From Herpetosiphon aurantiacus DSM 785 (lineage in GTDB: Bacteria > Chloroflexota > Chloroflexia > Chloroflexales > Herpetosiphonaceae): DNA of 64,000 bases. The translations under genes and the position numbers were made by a program. The notes beneath the pieces are model-generated. The model saw only the letters and a list, made by a program, of their open reading frames with translations, was not told the DNA's origin and searched no databases. The DNA lies in contig CP000875.1 in the NCBI GenBank assembly GCA_000018565.1, positions 377,199 through 441,198 of the forward strand, given 5' to 3'. This document shows positions 27,587 to 38,784 of the stretch, piece after piece (position 1 is the first letter of the stretch; every line of letters starts with the position of its first letter).

Positions 27587-28621
27587 ATGATGAAGGCTGG
27601 ATTTTTTCGCCACCATGGTGGGCTAGAAGTTTTAGAATATGGCGATCTGGCTGAACCCGTGGCTGGGCCAGATGAAGTTTTAGTGCGAGTGCGGGCTGCC
27701 GCCTTGAACCACCTTGATCTGTTTGTGCGCGAGGGCTTGCCTGGCCTGAATTTGCCCATGCCGCATATTGGTGGCTGCGATATTGCGGGCGAAATTGCGG
27801 CAATTGGCGAGGGCGTGACTGGTTGGCGCGAAGGCCAGCGCGTGGTCGTCAACCCTAATATCTGGTGTGGCGCTTGCGAATATTGCATTGCTGGCGAAGA
27901 AACCTTGTGCGATCGTTATGGCGTGATCGGTGAGCACCAAACTGGTGGTTTGGCTCAATATATCGCGGTGCCAGCTCGCAATCTCTACGCCATTCCTGCT
28001 GATTATGCGTTTGAGCAAGCTGCCGCTGTGCCGCTGGTTTGGATGACCGCTTGGCGAGCATTGATCGGTCAAGCACAGTTGCGGGCCGGCCAAAGCGTGC
28101 TGATTTTGGGAGCTGGTGGTGGTGTGGCCAGTGCTGCAATTCAAATTGCCCGTTATGCTGGAGCAACCGTCTATGCTGCCTCGCGTTCGCCCGAAAAACT
28201 GGCCCGTGCCCAAGAACTAGGGGCCGATTACGTGGTACGATCAGATGGCGATTGGGGCCGCGAACTGTGGAAACAAACCAATAAGCGCGGAGTTGACGTA
28301 GTGTTGGAGAATGTGGGAGCCGCCACATGGGAAAGCTCGTTACGCAGCGTTGCTAAAGGCGGCACGGTCGTAACCTATGGAGCAACTACCGGACCAATCG
28401 TCAATATCGATATTCGTAAACTTTTTTGGCGACAATTTAACCTGATTGGCTCGACCATGGCCAATAATCGAGAATTTAATACGATTATGCGCTTGGTATT
28501 TTGGGAACGCCGTTTTCAACCATTGATCGACAAGGTGTTTCCACTCAGCGAAATTCAGGCAGCTCAACGCTATCTCGAATCAGCCGAGCAATTTGGTAAA
28601 GTCGTGATCACAATTCCCTAG
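27587..28621 (+). CDS. Zinc-binding alcohol dehydrogenase family oxidoreductase (MDR superfamily)
   Basis: Start at the ATG at 27587 (AGGAGG RBS). 'GGCDIAGEI' catalytic region, structural-zinc Cys pattern 'CGACEYC', Rossmann 'LGAGGGVASAAIQIA'. Confidence 0.8.
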   Translation: MMKAGFFRHHGGLEVLEYGDLAEPVAGPDEVLVRVRAAALNHLDLFVREGLPGLNLPMPHIGGCDIAGEIAAIGEGVTGWREGQRVVVNPNIWCGACEYCIAGEETLCDRYGVIGEHQTGGLAQYIAVPARNLYAIPADYAFEQAAAVPLVWMTAWRALIGQAQLRAGQSVLILGAGGGVASAAIQIARYAGATVYAASRSPEKLARAQELGADYVVRSDGDWGRELWKQTNKRGVDVVLENVGAATWESSLRSVAKGGTVVTYGATTGPIVNIDIRKLFWRQFNLIGSTMANNREFNTIMRLVFWERRFQPLIDKVFPLSEIQAAQRYLESAEQFGKVVITIP

Positions 28622-28678
28622 AATACAGCCCGACCCACACAAACCAGCAATGGGGTCAAGGCTTGGAGTAATTAATTC

Positions 28679-29683
28679 ATGCCAATCACAATTGAACATG
28701 TTCGCGTTTTAGAAGGCCCAAATATCTATTACCCTCAGGCTGGGGTCGCTGCAAGCTTGCAAGTTAGCCACGATCTGCGCGATGAACTTGGTCGTCAGCT
28801 CAAAACTTGGGCGCAGGCAGTTGGCTTAATCATTGGCTATCTGCGCATGAAAATCGAGCCGATTGACGACCAATGGCTATTAAGCCTGAGTTTTACCTGC
28901 AATCATCCCCAACTTGGTGCGGCTATCTTGCAGCATGCGGTCGAAGATATACTGGCCGGCGAACGCCAAGACGAAGATTGGAACCACGACGATGCCTTGT
29001 TTGATCTGCGTCGTCAGCGCATGCGGATTGATCCGGTGTTGCCGTTGTTGCAATTACGGGCCGAAGCTCAAGGGCGGGTTCTGCCTGTGATCGCGGTTGG
29101 TGATGGCATGCTCCAAATCGGCACCGGCAGTGGTGGTTGGCAGTTTGATCCGGCGCAGCTAAGCCTTGGCTTTGCGATCAACCCGCCATGGGAGCAAATT
29201 CGTAGCGTGCCTTTGATTGCGATTGGTGGGGTTGGGGCTGAAATTGCCGCAGCCCAGATTGCCCAAGGATTAACTGCGGCTGGTTGGCAACAGGTTATGC
29301 ATATTGTTAAGGGCGATTTTGCTAGCGTGCGCCAAGCATTTCTCCAGCCCAAGGCTGAAATCTTTGTGATTGCTTTGGATCATAGCGATGCTGTCGAGCG
29401 TGGTTTAGCCTTTAATCGCTGCACGATGGGGGTGGTACTTGGCATTAGCGATTTGCCTGAAACTCAGGCTTTGGCGGCGGGGTTGCCAGCCCTAACTGCC
29501 GATGAACTAGGCAATACCATTTTGCTGGCCGATGATCAACGGACTGCTGGCTTGGCGCGACGCACCGCAGCCCCAGTTGTGCAACTACAACGTACCCACG
29601 AACCAGCCAGTATTCAACAACCCTTATTAGCGTTGGTGGTCAATCAATTGCAACAATTGCTCGACGCTGGAGCATTTGATTAA
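28679..29683 (+). CDS. Hypothetical protein
   Basis: 334 aa with no motif I can assign. The N-terminus 'VRVLEGPNIYYP' faintly recalls the N-terminal region of cyanophycin-synthetase/ATP-grasp-like proteins, but no P-loop is present. Confidence 0.55.
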   Translation: MPITIEHVRVLEGPNIYYPQAGVAASLQVSHDLRDELGRQLKTWAQAVGLIIGYLRMKIEPIDDQWLLSLSFTCNHPQLGAAILQHAVEDILAGERQDEDWNHDDALFDLRRQRMRIDPVLPLLQLRAEAQGRVLPVIAVGDGMLQIGTGSGGWQFDPAQLSLGFAINPPWEQIRSVPLIAIGGVGAEIAAAQIAQGLTAAGWQQVMHIVKGDFASVRQAFLQPKAEIFVIALDHSDAVERGLAFNRCTMGVVLGISDLPETQALAAGLPALTADELGNTILLADDQRTAGLARRTAAPVVQLQRTHEPASIQQPLLALVVNQLQQLLDAGAFD

Positions 29684-29722
29684 TTTGGGTTAACGATTTC
29701 CACAAATTCTAGGAGGTGGAGT

Positions 29723-30076
29723 ATGCCAAAGATTACCGTCGGTTCGCAAGCTGCGTTTGAGGTTGCTAGTGGCACACGCTTAGTCAATGCTCTTGAAGAT
29801 CATGGTGTGGATATTTTACATCGCTGTGGCGGCAATGCCCGTTGCACAACCTGTCGAGTTGAGTTTCAGACTGGCGAACCCCAAGCGATCACCAAGGCTG
29901 AATCGTTTAAATTGGCCGAGGCCAAGCTCACTGGGGTGCGTTTGGCATGCCAAATTCTCTGCGAACACGATATGCAGCTTCAACCTTTACAAACCTTGAG
30001 CGCATCGGGCTTGCCCGACCCTGGGCCACGCCCGTCCGATGAACTCACCCCAGCCCCTGAATGGCTGAATCGTTAA
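29723..30076 (+). CDS. 2Fe-2S ferredoxin-like protein
   Basis: Perfect AGGAGG RBS. Cys pattern 'CGGNARCTTCRV...LACQ' matches the plant-type [2Fe-2S] binding motif. Confidence 0.75.
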   Translation: MPKITVGSQAAFEVASGTRLVNALEDHGVDILHRCGGNARCTTCRVEFQTGEPQAITKAESFKLAEAKLTGVRLACQILCEHDMQLQPLQTLSASGLPDPGPRPSDELTPAPEWLNR

Positions 30077-30134
30077 TTGAAGCCAATTGCACCAAGGATC
30101 TCCATGCTGAGATGCTTGGTTGAATAGGAATCCG

Positions 30135-31025
30135 ATGAACTTTCCGTTGCTGCGCGAATTTGGCTCAACTGGTTTGCAGGTTTCAGCGCTAGGCTTTGGC
30201 GCTGGCCATATTGGTGGAAACGAATTAACTGAAGCTGAAGCAGCCAAGTTGCTGCATGGCTTGCTCGATTTAGGGATTAACTTAATTGATACAGCACGCG
30301 GCTATGGCCTTTCCGAAGAGCGGATCGGGCGACATCTCCAGCAACGTCGTCATGAGTTTGTGCTTTCAACCAAAATTGGCTATGGCATCGAGGGCTACGA
30401 CGATTGGACCAGCCCAATCATCACTGCCGGAATTGATGCAGCGCTGCAACGCATGCACACCGATTATTTGGATATTGTGCATTTTCATTCTTGCCCGGTC
30501 GAGACCTTACGAGCAGGCGAGGTGATTGAGGCACTTGAGCGGGCGGTTCAAGCAGGTAAAGTACGGGTTGCCGCCTATTCTGGCGATAATGCACCCTTAG
30601 CTTGGGCGGTGCAGTCAGGCCATTTTGGTGCGATTGAATGCTCGGTGAACCTCGCCGATCAACGGGTGATCAGCCAAGTATTGCCCCAAACCCAACAACG
30701 CCAAATTGGTGTAATTGCCAAACGCCCAGTGGCCAACGTCGCGTGGCGTTTTGCCCAACGGCCAGTTGGCGATTATGCTGAAGTGTATTGGGAACGACTC
30801 CAAGCCATGCAGCTTGATTTCGACCCTGAACGACTTTTGGATATTGCCTTGCGGTTTACCGCCTATACCCCAGGTGTCCATAGCTGTATTGTTGGTTCGC
30901 GCAGCCTCGAACATATGCAGCATAATTTAGCATTATTGCAACAAGGCCCACTTGAACCCCAACTCTATGCCTATCTCTCCAGCCAATTTCAGACGAACGA
31001 TCAAGGTTGGGTTGGTCAGATCTAA
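30135..31025 (+). CDS. Aldo/keto reductase
   Basis: 'IDTARGYG' and 'KIGY' AKR motifs, TIM-barrel-length protein. The ORF-track start 30120 is TTG; the ATG at 30135 is preferred. Confidence 0.8.
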   Translation: MNFPLLREFGSTGLQVSALGFGAGHIGGNELTEAEAAKLLHGLLDLGINLIDTARGYGLSEERIGRHLQQRRHEFVLSTKIGYGIEGYDDWTSPIITAGIDAALQRMHTDYLDIVHFHSCPVETLRAGEVIEALERAVQAGKVRVAAYSGDNAPLAWAVQSGHFGAIECSVNLADQRVISQVLPQTQQRQIGVIAKRPVANVAWRFAQRPVGDYAEVYWERLQAMQLDFDPERLLDIALRFTAYTPGVHSCIVGSRSLEHMQHNLALLQQGPLEPQLYAYLSSQFQTNDQGWVGQI

Positions 31026-31257
31026 GCCATCAGCAAGCATCATGCATGGTGGTGCTTGCTACTCTAGCAGTAGAAACGGGACTTTTCGACTATAGCTTGG
31101 TGTTGGCAAAGCTGCCACAATAAGCTTGAGAGTAGACGACCATTTCAAATCCACAGTTCAGTGTTTGGGGAATTTGCCCTGATGTTGCTTGCAGTTGCAA
31201 CTTTGGCCTGTTTCGGGTACAACAGCAACCAGTTAATCAACAATCAAGGACAACATC

Positions 31258-31869
31258 ATGGGCAAATTAATTACTATTGTGGGCAACGCTGGCATTGGCA
31301 AAACCACCCTCACCAAGCTACTCTGCCGTGATCAGCGTTTTTTCGCAGCCTTAGAGAGCCACGTCGAACGACCATTCCAACAACTATTTGCCCAAAATCT
31401 GCAACGCTATGCCTTAGCCAACCAATTCGATTACCTCTTACTCCGTGCTGAACAAGAGCGATTCATTCGGGCGCAATCTGGTATTGGAGTCCAAGATGGC
31501 GGCCTTGATGAAGATTTTTGGGTTTTTACCCAGCATTTTCAGCATCAAGGCTATTTGAGTGCTGCCGAGTTTGAGTTATGCCAACGTCTATATACTGAAT
31601 TGCGAGCTGGGCTTGGTCAGCCCGATTTGATCATCAAGCTCGATGCCCCCTTGGATGTGATTATTCAGCGTTACGAGCAGCGCAATCGCCCATTGGAAAT
31701 AGCGCAGCGCGACGATTTAGCCCAACTTGGCACATTGCTTGATCGCTGGACTGCGACCATTACCACCCCTTTGCTCAGCCTCGATTGGAGCAGCAGCGCT
31801 TTACCGACGATTGAACAGCAACAACAACTCATTGAGACTATTCTAAAACAGCTCCGTATAGTACACTAA
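31258..31869 (+). CDS. P-loop NTPase, deoxynucleoside-kinase-like
   Basis: 'ITIVGNAGIGKTTL' Walker A at the N-terminus. 203 aa with lid-like Arg-rich region 'RYEQRNRPLE'. Confidence 0.55.
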   Translation: MGKLITIVGNAGIGKTTLTKLLCRDQRFFAALESHVERPFQQLFAQNLQRYALANQFDYLLLRAEQERFIRAQSGIGVQDGGLDEDFWVFTQHFQHQGYLSAAEFELCQRLYTELRAGLGQPDLIIKLDAPLDVIIQRYEQRNRPLEIAQRDDLAQLGTLLDRWTATITTPLLSLDWSSSALPTIEQQQQLIETILKQLRIVH

Positions 31870-31908
31870 GCAAACTAGTTAGGGTTAGATGTAGATTTTG
31901 GAGGTTGT

Positions 31909-34101
31909 ATGCGATTACGGATTGGTTTAATCATCACGCTTTTGTTGATGATCACCGTTGGAAAAACCCTGCAAAACCCCAGGGATGTAGCCCAAGCCCT
32001 GTCCCAAACCCCTGATCAAACCACAATTCCGCAAGGATTTTCCCGCATCCAAGAGCAAGAATTTAACGACTTACCACTCAATGCCAATCTGTTGGTTGGC
32101 AGCAGTTTGGTGGTGCGCGGCTCAATTCAGCAAACTGATGTTGATTATTTTGCGCTTGATTTAACCGCTGGTCAGCGTTTAGCAATGGCCACCATTACTA
32201 GCGCCAGCGTCGCCTCCAGCGATACAACCATCCATCTCTATGCTTTCGATGGCGTAAATAGTGATCTGATCGAAACCGATTTGAGCGATGGCATTCTGAG
32301 CAACAGTTCCTCGGTGATCAGTTCTCAGCCAATTACGCTGACCGGAACCTACCTGATTAAAGTTGAAGGTGGCACTGCAACCACGGTTATTCAGCCCTAC
32401 GACTTATATGTGCGAGTGCTGAGCGAAACTGCCAGCGAACAAGAACCTAACGACGAAGTTGCCCAAACCATCGATGCTCAAGCGGCAATCAGCGGGGTAG
32501 TTTCAACCACCAACGATCTTGATCGCTATCAATTTAATGTTAATCCTGGCGACACAATTTTTGCCACCGTTGATTTTGATCCAGAGCGTGATGGCATAAC
32601 TTGGAATGGCTTTCTCGATATTGGCATGATCAACAATACCTATCTTCGGGCTAACGATAGTAATAGTGTTTCACCCAACGCTGAAGCCAATGTGATCACC
32701 GTTCAACAAGCTGGCACTTACGAAATTCGCATTGGCTCACTACTTGAGATCGGTGTGGATGCTAGTTATTTGGCGCAAGTTACGATTATTCCCGCCGCTA
32801 TTCAGGCCAACTGCCAAACCGTGATGAGTTCAGGTGCACCACAGAATATTGGCCCACAAGCTGGAATAATTCAATCGACATTAACCGTCACCCAAGCAGC
32901 CAACATTGCCGATATTGATGTATTGCTCAATTTAGAGCATAGCTTCATGCCCGATTTGGATGTAACCCTGACTGCCCCCGATGGTAATGTGATTAACCTC
33001 TTCACCGATATTGGCAATGTGCAGCAACCTACCGTTAATCTCGTGATTGATCAACAAGCTGCCTTACCACTTGGCACGTATAACGTTTTGAGTGGCACGC
33101 ATTTTGGTCCGAAATGGAATAGCAGCCTCGATTGGTTGGCTGGACAACAAGCCCAAGGCCAATGGATACTGACGATTTATGATGATACCGACCAAAATGC
33201 TGGTGTATTAAATGGTTGGGGCTTGCGGATTTGTGGCATGCCCACGCCAAGCGATTGTCCAGTCGGGATGTCGCGCAGCGTGCTTTATAGCAGCCAATTT
33301 GAGGCCGATAATGGCGGGCTTACTCCAGGCCCATTTGACCAAGAATGGGTTTGGGGTAATCGTAATAGCCCACCAATTGTTGGTGCGTATAGCGGCGAAA
33401 ATAGCTGGAATACCAATTTAACCGGAAATTATCCTAATAGTACCCGCATGCAATTGCTATCACCGCAAATTGACTTAACCAATGTTACGGGGCCAATTTA
33501 TGCAAGTTGGTATCAACGCTATCAGCTTGATAATAGTGTTAACGATTTTTATCAGGTAACGGCCCATAAGCCCCAAGTTGAACAGATTCTCTTTCGCCAT
33601 CAAAGTGCTGCAATGCAAATTAACCTCGGAAATCCTTTGGTTACGCTTGATCAAAGTACAGGTTGGGGACTTCAACGCCATGATCTAAGCGATTTTGCTG
33701 GCACTTCACTCTATTTAACCTGGGATTTCGGTAGTGATGAGGTAGCAAGTTTTGCTGGGATTGCGCTTGATGATGTGGAAATTACTGGTTGTATTGATCC
33801 AGCTCAAATCACGCCAACGAATACGCCAACGCCAAGCAACACGCCAACCCTAACATCAACTCCTAGCAATACGCCAACGCCAAGCAATACGCCAACGGCG
33901 ACCGCAACACCAACCCAAACCTTAACGCCAACTGAAACGCCAACGCCAAGCAATACGCCAACGGCGACCGCAACGCCGACCCAGACCGAAACGCCAACCG
34001 CGACTGAAACACCAAGTATCACCCCAACGAGTACACCAAGTGTAACGGCAGATCCAAGCTTAATCCCGGTCTATCTGCCTTTAGTCAGTAAAGATAATTA
34101 A
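31909..34101 (+). CDS. Secreted multidomain protein: signal peptide - PPC - PPC - proprotein-convertase P-domain - MAM-like domain - PT-linker - conserved C-terminal tail (paralog 1 of 5)
   Basis: GGAGG RBS. PPC signatures 'EQEPNDE..A..I.A...ISGV....D.DRYQFNV..GDT'. P-domain '[29 protein letters not shown]...W.L.I.DD...AG.L..W.L.IC'. MAM-like '[12 protein letters not shown]'. Linker [13 protein letters not shown].... Tail '[12 protein letters not shown]'. No peptidase catalytic domain. Confidence 0.8.
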   Translation: MRLRIGLIITLLLMITVGKTLQNPRDVAQALSQTPDQTTIPQGFSRIQEQEFNDLPLNANLLVGSSLVVRGSIQQTDVDYFALDLTAGQRLAMATITSASVASSDTTIHLYAFDGVNSDLIETDLSDGILSNSSSVISSQPITLTGTYLIKVEGGTATTVIQPYDLYVRVLSETASEQEPNDEVAQTIDAQAAISGVVSTTNDLDRYQFNVNPGDTIFATVDFDPERDGITWNGFLDIGMINNTYLRANDSNSVSPNAEANVITVQQAGTYEIRIGSLLEIGVDASYLAQVTIIPAAIQANCQTVMSSGAPQNIGPQAGIIQSTLTVTQAANIADIDVLLNLEHSFMPDLDVTLTAPDGNVINLFTDIGNVQQPTVNLVIDQQAALPLGTYNVLSGTHFGPKWNSSLDWLAGQQAQGQWILTIYDDTDQNAGVLNGWGLRICGMPTPSDCPVGMSRSVLYSSQFEADNGGLTPGPFDQEWVWGNRNSPPIVGAYSGENSWNTNLTGNYPNSTRMQLLSPQIDLTNVTGPIYASWYQRYQLDNSVNDFYQVTAHKPQVEQILFRHQSAAMQINLGNPLVTLDQSTGWGLQRHDLSDFAGTSLYLTWDFGSDEVASFAGIALDDVEITGCIDPAQITPTNTPTPSNTPTLTSTPSNTPTPSNTPTATATPTQTLTPTETPTPSNTPTATATPTQTETPTATETPSITPTSTPSVTADPSLIPVYLPLVSKDN

Positions 34102-34242
34102 ACCAATTGCGCCAGTCTGGGGATGCCTAGGCTGGCGCAATGCCCCTAAATTCACCCTTGCAATTGGTTAAAAAGTAGCCTATCCTAACTCAATCCCACC
34201 TTCATTATTGCCCCAGCAAAAGCCTTGTTTTAGGAGGTTTGC

Positions 34243-36393
34243 ATGCGTCTACGGATTGGGTTTATCGGCCTCATGATCGCTTTACTTGGGTTAACTGGTA
34301 GTTTACGGGCTTTCAAGCCAGTTCAAGCTGCCCCAAGTAATCCAACTACCGCTCAAATTGCTCAAGCGAATGTCCCGCAGGGGGCAGTCCGCGTTAAAGA
34401 ACAGGAAAGCAACAATACGACTGCCACCGCCAACGCGATCATGTCCAGCAGTACCCTAATTCGCGGGAATATCTGGAATGGTGATGTTGACTTCTATAGC
34501 ATTGAATTAGCCGCTGGCGATCGCCTGACCGCTGCAACCATGAGCGCGGCTTCAGCCTCTGGCAACAACGATACGGTATTAACCTTTTTTGCGCCTGATG
34601 GTACAACCGTGATTGAAACCGATGATAACGATGGCTCACTTGGCGGCAATGCCTCGGTGATTAGTTCGGCTCCGGTGACCCAAACCGCTACCTACTATCT
34701 GCGGTTAAGTAGTACTAGTACCAACCAAGTTCGCTACTACGACTTCTATGTGCGGGTGTTGAGCGAAGCCGCCACTGCTGAAACAGAGCCAAATGATCTT
34801 TTGACAACCGCCCAAGTGTTGCCTACCAGCGGCACAATTTCGGGGGTCTTATCGGCTACAACCGACCTCGATTACTACCAGCTTAACTTGAATGCTGGTG
34901 ATACGATCTTTACCAGCCTCGACCTCAACCCTGAGCGCGATGGCATTGTTTGGAACGGACGACTTGGGATCGGCGCGTTTAATGGCTTTACTTTAGTTGT
35001 TGATGATACCAGTGTAGTCTCACCAAATGCTGAAGCCCATTTTATGACCGTCAAGACGAGTGGTACCTACTATGTGCTGGCCTCAACGACGGCTGCAAGT
35101 ATTCCGGCTGAAGCAACCTATTTGTTGGGTGTCACAGTGTTCCCTGCCGAGCAGCAAGCCAATTGTACAACCTACACCAGCGCTGATGTTGCCAAGACCA
35201 TCCCAACGACTACCAGCTTTATTACCTCAACCTTGACTGTTCCCGACAACTTTATCATCGCTGATCTTGATGTCAGTATCGAACTGACTCATACCAATAT
35301 GCCCGACCTCGATGTTCAACTCCAAGGGCCAGATGGCAATGTTGGAGGGCTATTTACCGATATTAGCAATAATACCCAGACCACGATGAATATCGATCTT
35401 GATGATGAAGCCGCAATTCCAATTGGACTTTTCGCGATTGTCTCGGGCATCCGTTATATTCCAGAGTTGAATTATCGCCTCGATTGGTTCGATGGTGGGC
35501 GATCGGCTGGCACCTGGACTCTCTTGATTCACGATGATACTGCTGCCAACGGTGGAACATTGCAAAATTGGAGCATCACGCTGTGTGCCGCGCCACCAGC
35601 AAGCTGCCCCGATGGTATGAGCATGAGCACAATCACGAGCACTGATTTTGAAGCCAATGATGGTGGCTTTACCCATAGCGGAACTGCTGATTCATGGGAA
35701 TATGGCGCACCAAGCGCTGCTCCATTGATCGGTAGCTATAGTGGGGCTAATAGCTGGAAGACCAACCTTGACGGAACTTATTCGGTCAGTAGTATTGCCA
35801 ATCTCTTCTCGCCATCAATTAGTATTCCCAATGTGACTGGCCCTGTCTACATCCAATGGCAACAACGCTACCAGATGGAAAGTGCTAATTTTGATCATTA
35901 CACGGCCTCGGTTGGTACAGGCGTTGTGACCAAAACCTTGTATGAATTTGATGCAGCAACCATGACCAATGCAGTTGGTAACCCAAGCGTAACCTTCCAA
36001 GAAAGCACAGTTTGGAGTCGCCAGCTCTACGATATTAGCGAGTTCAAGGGTCAATCAATCCAGGCCTTGTATCACCTAGATACTGATAGTTCGGTTCAAT
36101 TGGGTGGTATCGCGATCGACGATTTCCAAATTATGGCCTGTGACGGTGTGGCAGCAACCGCGACCCCAACCGAAGCACCAACCGCTACCAGCACACCAAC
36201 CAACACGCCAACTAACACACCAACCAACACGCCAACTAACACGCCAACCAATACACCGATTATCACGATTACCCCAAGCAATACGCCGACGGCTACGGTT
36301 ACCCCAAGTAACACGCCAACCGTTACCCCAAGCGTGACCGCTGGGCCAACCATGATTCCGGTTTATATGCCATTAGTCGGTAAAGACCAATAG
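34243..36393 (+). CDS. Paralog 2 of the secreted PPC-PPC-P-domain-MAM-like-PT-linker family
   Basis: Same architecture as paralog 1. Signal peptide '[23 protein letters not shown]'. Tail '[12 protein letters not shown]'. Confidence 0.8.
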   Translation: MRLRIGFIGLMIALLGLTGSLRAFKPVQAAPSNPTTAQIAQANVPQGAVRVKEQESNNTTATANAIMSSSTLIRGNIWNGDVDFYSIELAAGDRLTAATMSAASASGNNDTVLTFFAPDGTTVIETDDNDGSLGGNASVISSAPVTQTATYYLRLSSTSTNQVRYYDFYVRVLSEAATAETEPNDLLTTAQVLPTSGTISGVLSATTDLDYYQLNLNAGDTIFTSLDLNPERDGIVWNGRLGIGAFNGFTLVVDDTSVVSPNAEAHFMTVKTSGTYYVLASTTAASIPAEATYLLGVTVFPAEQQANCTTYTSADVAKTIPTTTSFITSTLTVPDNFIIADLDVSIELTHTNMPDLDVQLQGPDGNVGGLFTDISNNTQTTMNIDLDDEAAIPIGLFAIVSGIRYIPELNYRLDWFDGGRSAGTWTLLIHDDTAANGGTLQNWSITLCAAPPASCPDGMSMSTITSTDFEANDGGFTHSGTADSWEYGAPSAAPLIGSYSGANSWKTNLDGTYSVSSIANLFSPSISIPNVTGPVYIQWQQRYQMESANFDHYTASVGTGVVTKTLYEFDAATMTNAVGNPSVTFQESTVWSRQLYDISEFKGQSIQALYHLDTDSSVQLGGIAIDDFQIMACDGVAATATPTEAPTATSTPTNTPTNTPTNTPTNTPTNTPIITITPSNTPTATVTPSNTPTVTPSVTAGPTMIPVYMPLVGKDQ

Positions 36394-36547
36394 ATCAGCC
36401 CTTGCCTAATAATGCAGCCCGTGGCTTAACCACGGGCTGTACTCGTTAACAGCACCAAACTGCCCCTTGTGTTTGCTCACCCTATAGCCTACGCTAACTC
36501 AAGCCCCGCTCATCGCTTCGATAAAACCTTGATTGTAGGAGGTTCGT

Positions 36548-38629
36548 ATGCGTTTACGGATTGGGTTTATCGGTCTTATGATCGCCCTGCTCGGATTAAC
36601 GGGCGGCTTGCGTAGTTTAACCAGCGTTCAAGCAGTACCCAACGCCCCTCAAAATCTCGCAGCCCACCAACTTAATACTCCTCAAGGATTTGCGCGGATT
36701 AGCGAACAAGAATCAAACGATACTCCTGCCATGGCCCAGCCAATCATTGGCGATTCAGCCGTCATTCGCGGCTATATCACTGCCAATGATAGCGATTTCT
36801 TGGCAATTCCACTTACTAGCGTCCAACGGGTGGTCGCAGCAACTATGACCTCGGCTTCAGCCACAAATATTGTCGATTCGATCCTGACTCTCTATCAACC
36901 TGATGGGACAACTGTCTTGGAGCTTGATAATGACGATGGGATTTTTGGCGTGAGTTCTTCGGTTATCAGCTCAGCGATTATCACGACTACTGCAACCTAC
37001 TATCTCAAGGTCACCGCCAACAATACGACGAATAAAATTTATTATTACGATTTATATGTACGGATTTTAACCAGCGAACCAATTGTCGAACAAGAGCCAA
37101 ATGAGCCAGCTCAAATGCTGCCAGCAGCTGGGATTGTCAGTGGGATTATTAGCCAAACTGGCGATATTGATCGTTTTCAGCTGGCCTTGAATCCAGGCGA
37201 TACGTTGTTTACAACCCTCGATATAGACCCCGAACGTGATGGCATTAGCTGGAATGGGCGGGTAACGATCGGGCCATTTGGGCCAAATATCATCACAATC
37301 AACGATGGCAATGCGGTTTCGCCCAATGCCGAATCGGCCCAATTAACCGTTAAAGAAGCTGGTAATTATATAATCAGCGTCGATAACCTATCAGCAATTA
37401 ATAATTCGACCTACATCCTACAAGTGCTGATCATCCCAGCCGAAGAGCAAGCCAATTGTCAGACCTATATGAGCACCGATGTCAATAAAACAATTCCACC
37501 TGATCCTGGTATGATCACGTCGGGATTAAATATTCCTGACAATCTCTTGATTGGCGATTTAGACTTGATTATTCAGCTTGATCATACCTTTATACCTGAT
37601 CTCGATGCGCAATTGACTACGCCTGATGGGAATATCCTTGGGCTATTCAGCGATATTGGAATCACGACTAGTGCCCCAGCGAGCATGAACCTGATTATTG
37701 ATGATGAAGCAGCCTTACCATCATTTCAAGCGCTTAGCGTCAATGGATTGATCAACTTGCCTGAGGCAGCCTATCGGATGAGTTGGTTTGATGGCCAACG
37801 TACCCAAGGCAATTGGACATTAACGCTCTATGATGATGCAACTGGCGATGGGGGCACATTACTCAATTGGGGCTTGCAGGTTTGCGCTGCGCTGCCACCC
37901 GCCGATTGTCCTGATGGCACGGTTAGCAGCACCATCTACAGCACCGATTTTGAAGCAAATGATGGGGGCTTTACCCATAGCGGAACCACTGATCCATGGC
38001 AATATGGTCAACCAAACTCAGCGCCAATTGTGGGCAGTTATAGTGGGAGCAATAGTTGGAAAACCAATTTAACTGGCAATTATCCCGCTTTAATGAATGC
38101 CAACCTAACGTCGCCGGCCATTGATCTTAGCGGTGTAGTTGGGCCAATTCAGGTGCAATGGCAACAACGCTATCAAATCGAATCAGCAGCATTTGATAAT
38201 TATGCAGCACAGATTGTTGGTAGTAGCAACCAAGTACTCTTTCAGCATCGCGATGGCGTAATGCGTGAATCAGTTGGCAATCCGCTGGTTACGGTTCAAG
38301 CAAGCACTGGTTGGAGCCGCCAACTGCATGATATTAGTAGCTTTGTGGGTCAGTCGATTCAACTGCAATTCCATATGGATACTGATTCCAGCGTTGAACT
38401 GGCGGGTGTCGCCATTGATGATGTGCTGGTAACTGGTTGTGTTGTGCTCCCTACGGCCACCCCAACCGAAACGCCAACTAACACACCGACCAATACCCCC
38501 ACCGAAACCCCAACCAATACGCCGACGGTTACGGTTACGCCAAGTAATACACCAATCGTTACCCCAAGCGTGACGGCTGGGCCAACGACGATTCCAGTTT
38601 ATCTGCCGTTGGTTAGTAAAGGCGAATAA
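36548..38629 (+). CDS. Paralog 3 of the secreted PPC-PPC-P-domain-MAM-like-PT-linker family
   Basis: Same architecture. Tail '[12 protein letters not shown]'. The leader 36394-36547 is nearly identical to 38630-38784. Confidence 0.8.
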   Translation: MRLRIGFIGLMIALLGLTGGLRSLTSVQAVPNAPQNLAAHQLNTPQGFARISEQESNDTPAMAQPIIGDSAVIRGYITANDSDFLAIPLTSVQRVVAATMTSASATNIVDSILTLYQPDGTTVLELDNDDGIFGVSSSVISSAIITTTATYYLKVTANNTTNKIYYYDLYVRILTSEPIVEQEPNEPAQMLPAAGIVSGIISQTGDIDRFQLALNPGDTLFTTLDIDPERDGISWNGRVTIGPFGPNIITINDGNAVSPNAESAQLTVKEAGNYIISVDNLSAINNSTYILQVLIIPAEEQANCQTYMSTDVNKTIPPDPGMITSGLNIPDNLLIGDLDLIIQLDHTFIPDLDAQLTTPDGNILGLFSDIGITTSAPASMNLIIDDEAALPSFQALSVNGLINLPEAAYRMSWFDGQRTQGNWTLTLYDDATGDGGTLLNWGLQVCAALPPADCPDGTVSSTIYSTDFEANDGGFTHSGTTDPWQYGQPNSAPIVGSYSGSNSWKTNLTGNYPALMNANLTSPAIDLSGVVGPIQVQWQQRYQIESAAFDNYAAQIVGSSNQVLFQHRDGVMRESVGNPLVTVQASTGWSRQLHDISSFVGQSIQLQFHMDTDSSVELAGVAIDDVLVTGCVVLPTATPTETPTNTPTNTPTETPTNTPTVTVTPSNTPIVTPSVTAGPTTIPVYLPLVSKGE

Positions 38630-38784
38630 ATGTATCGCGTCGCTAAAATCGCAGCCCGTGGTTAATCCACGGGCTGCCCGTATTAACAGCACTAAACTCA
38701 CCCTTGTATTTGGATGTTGTCGCGCCTATGCTAGCCCAATCCCCGCTCATTGCTTCGATAAAACCTTGATTGTAGGAGGCTTGT

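Noticed and set aside
31026-31257. 230-bp spacer before the deoxynucleoside-kinase-like gene as an ncRNA locus
   Set aside because: It contains only an 8-bp hairpin without a U-tract and a short GTTGCAAC palindrome. There are no conserved repeats or convincing promoter/terminator pair.
33804-36353. Val/Gly-rich minus-strand ORFs (33804-34022, 36096-36353) and ORFs 10122-10654
   Set aside because: They are antisense translations of the repetitive Pro/Thr-linker DNA (ACNCCNAC repeats) of the secreted proteins and the GH26 enzyme, so they are low-complexity artefacts.
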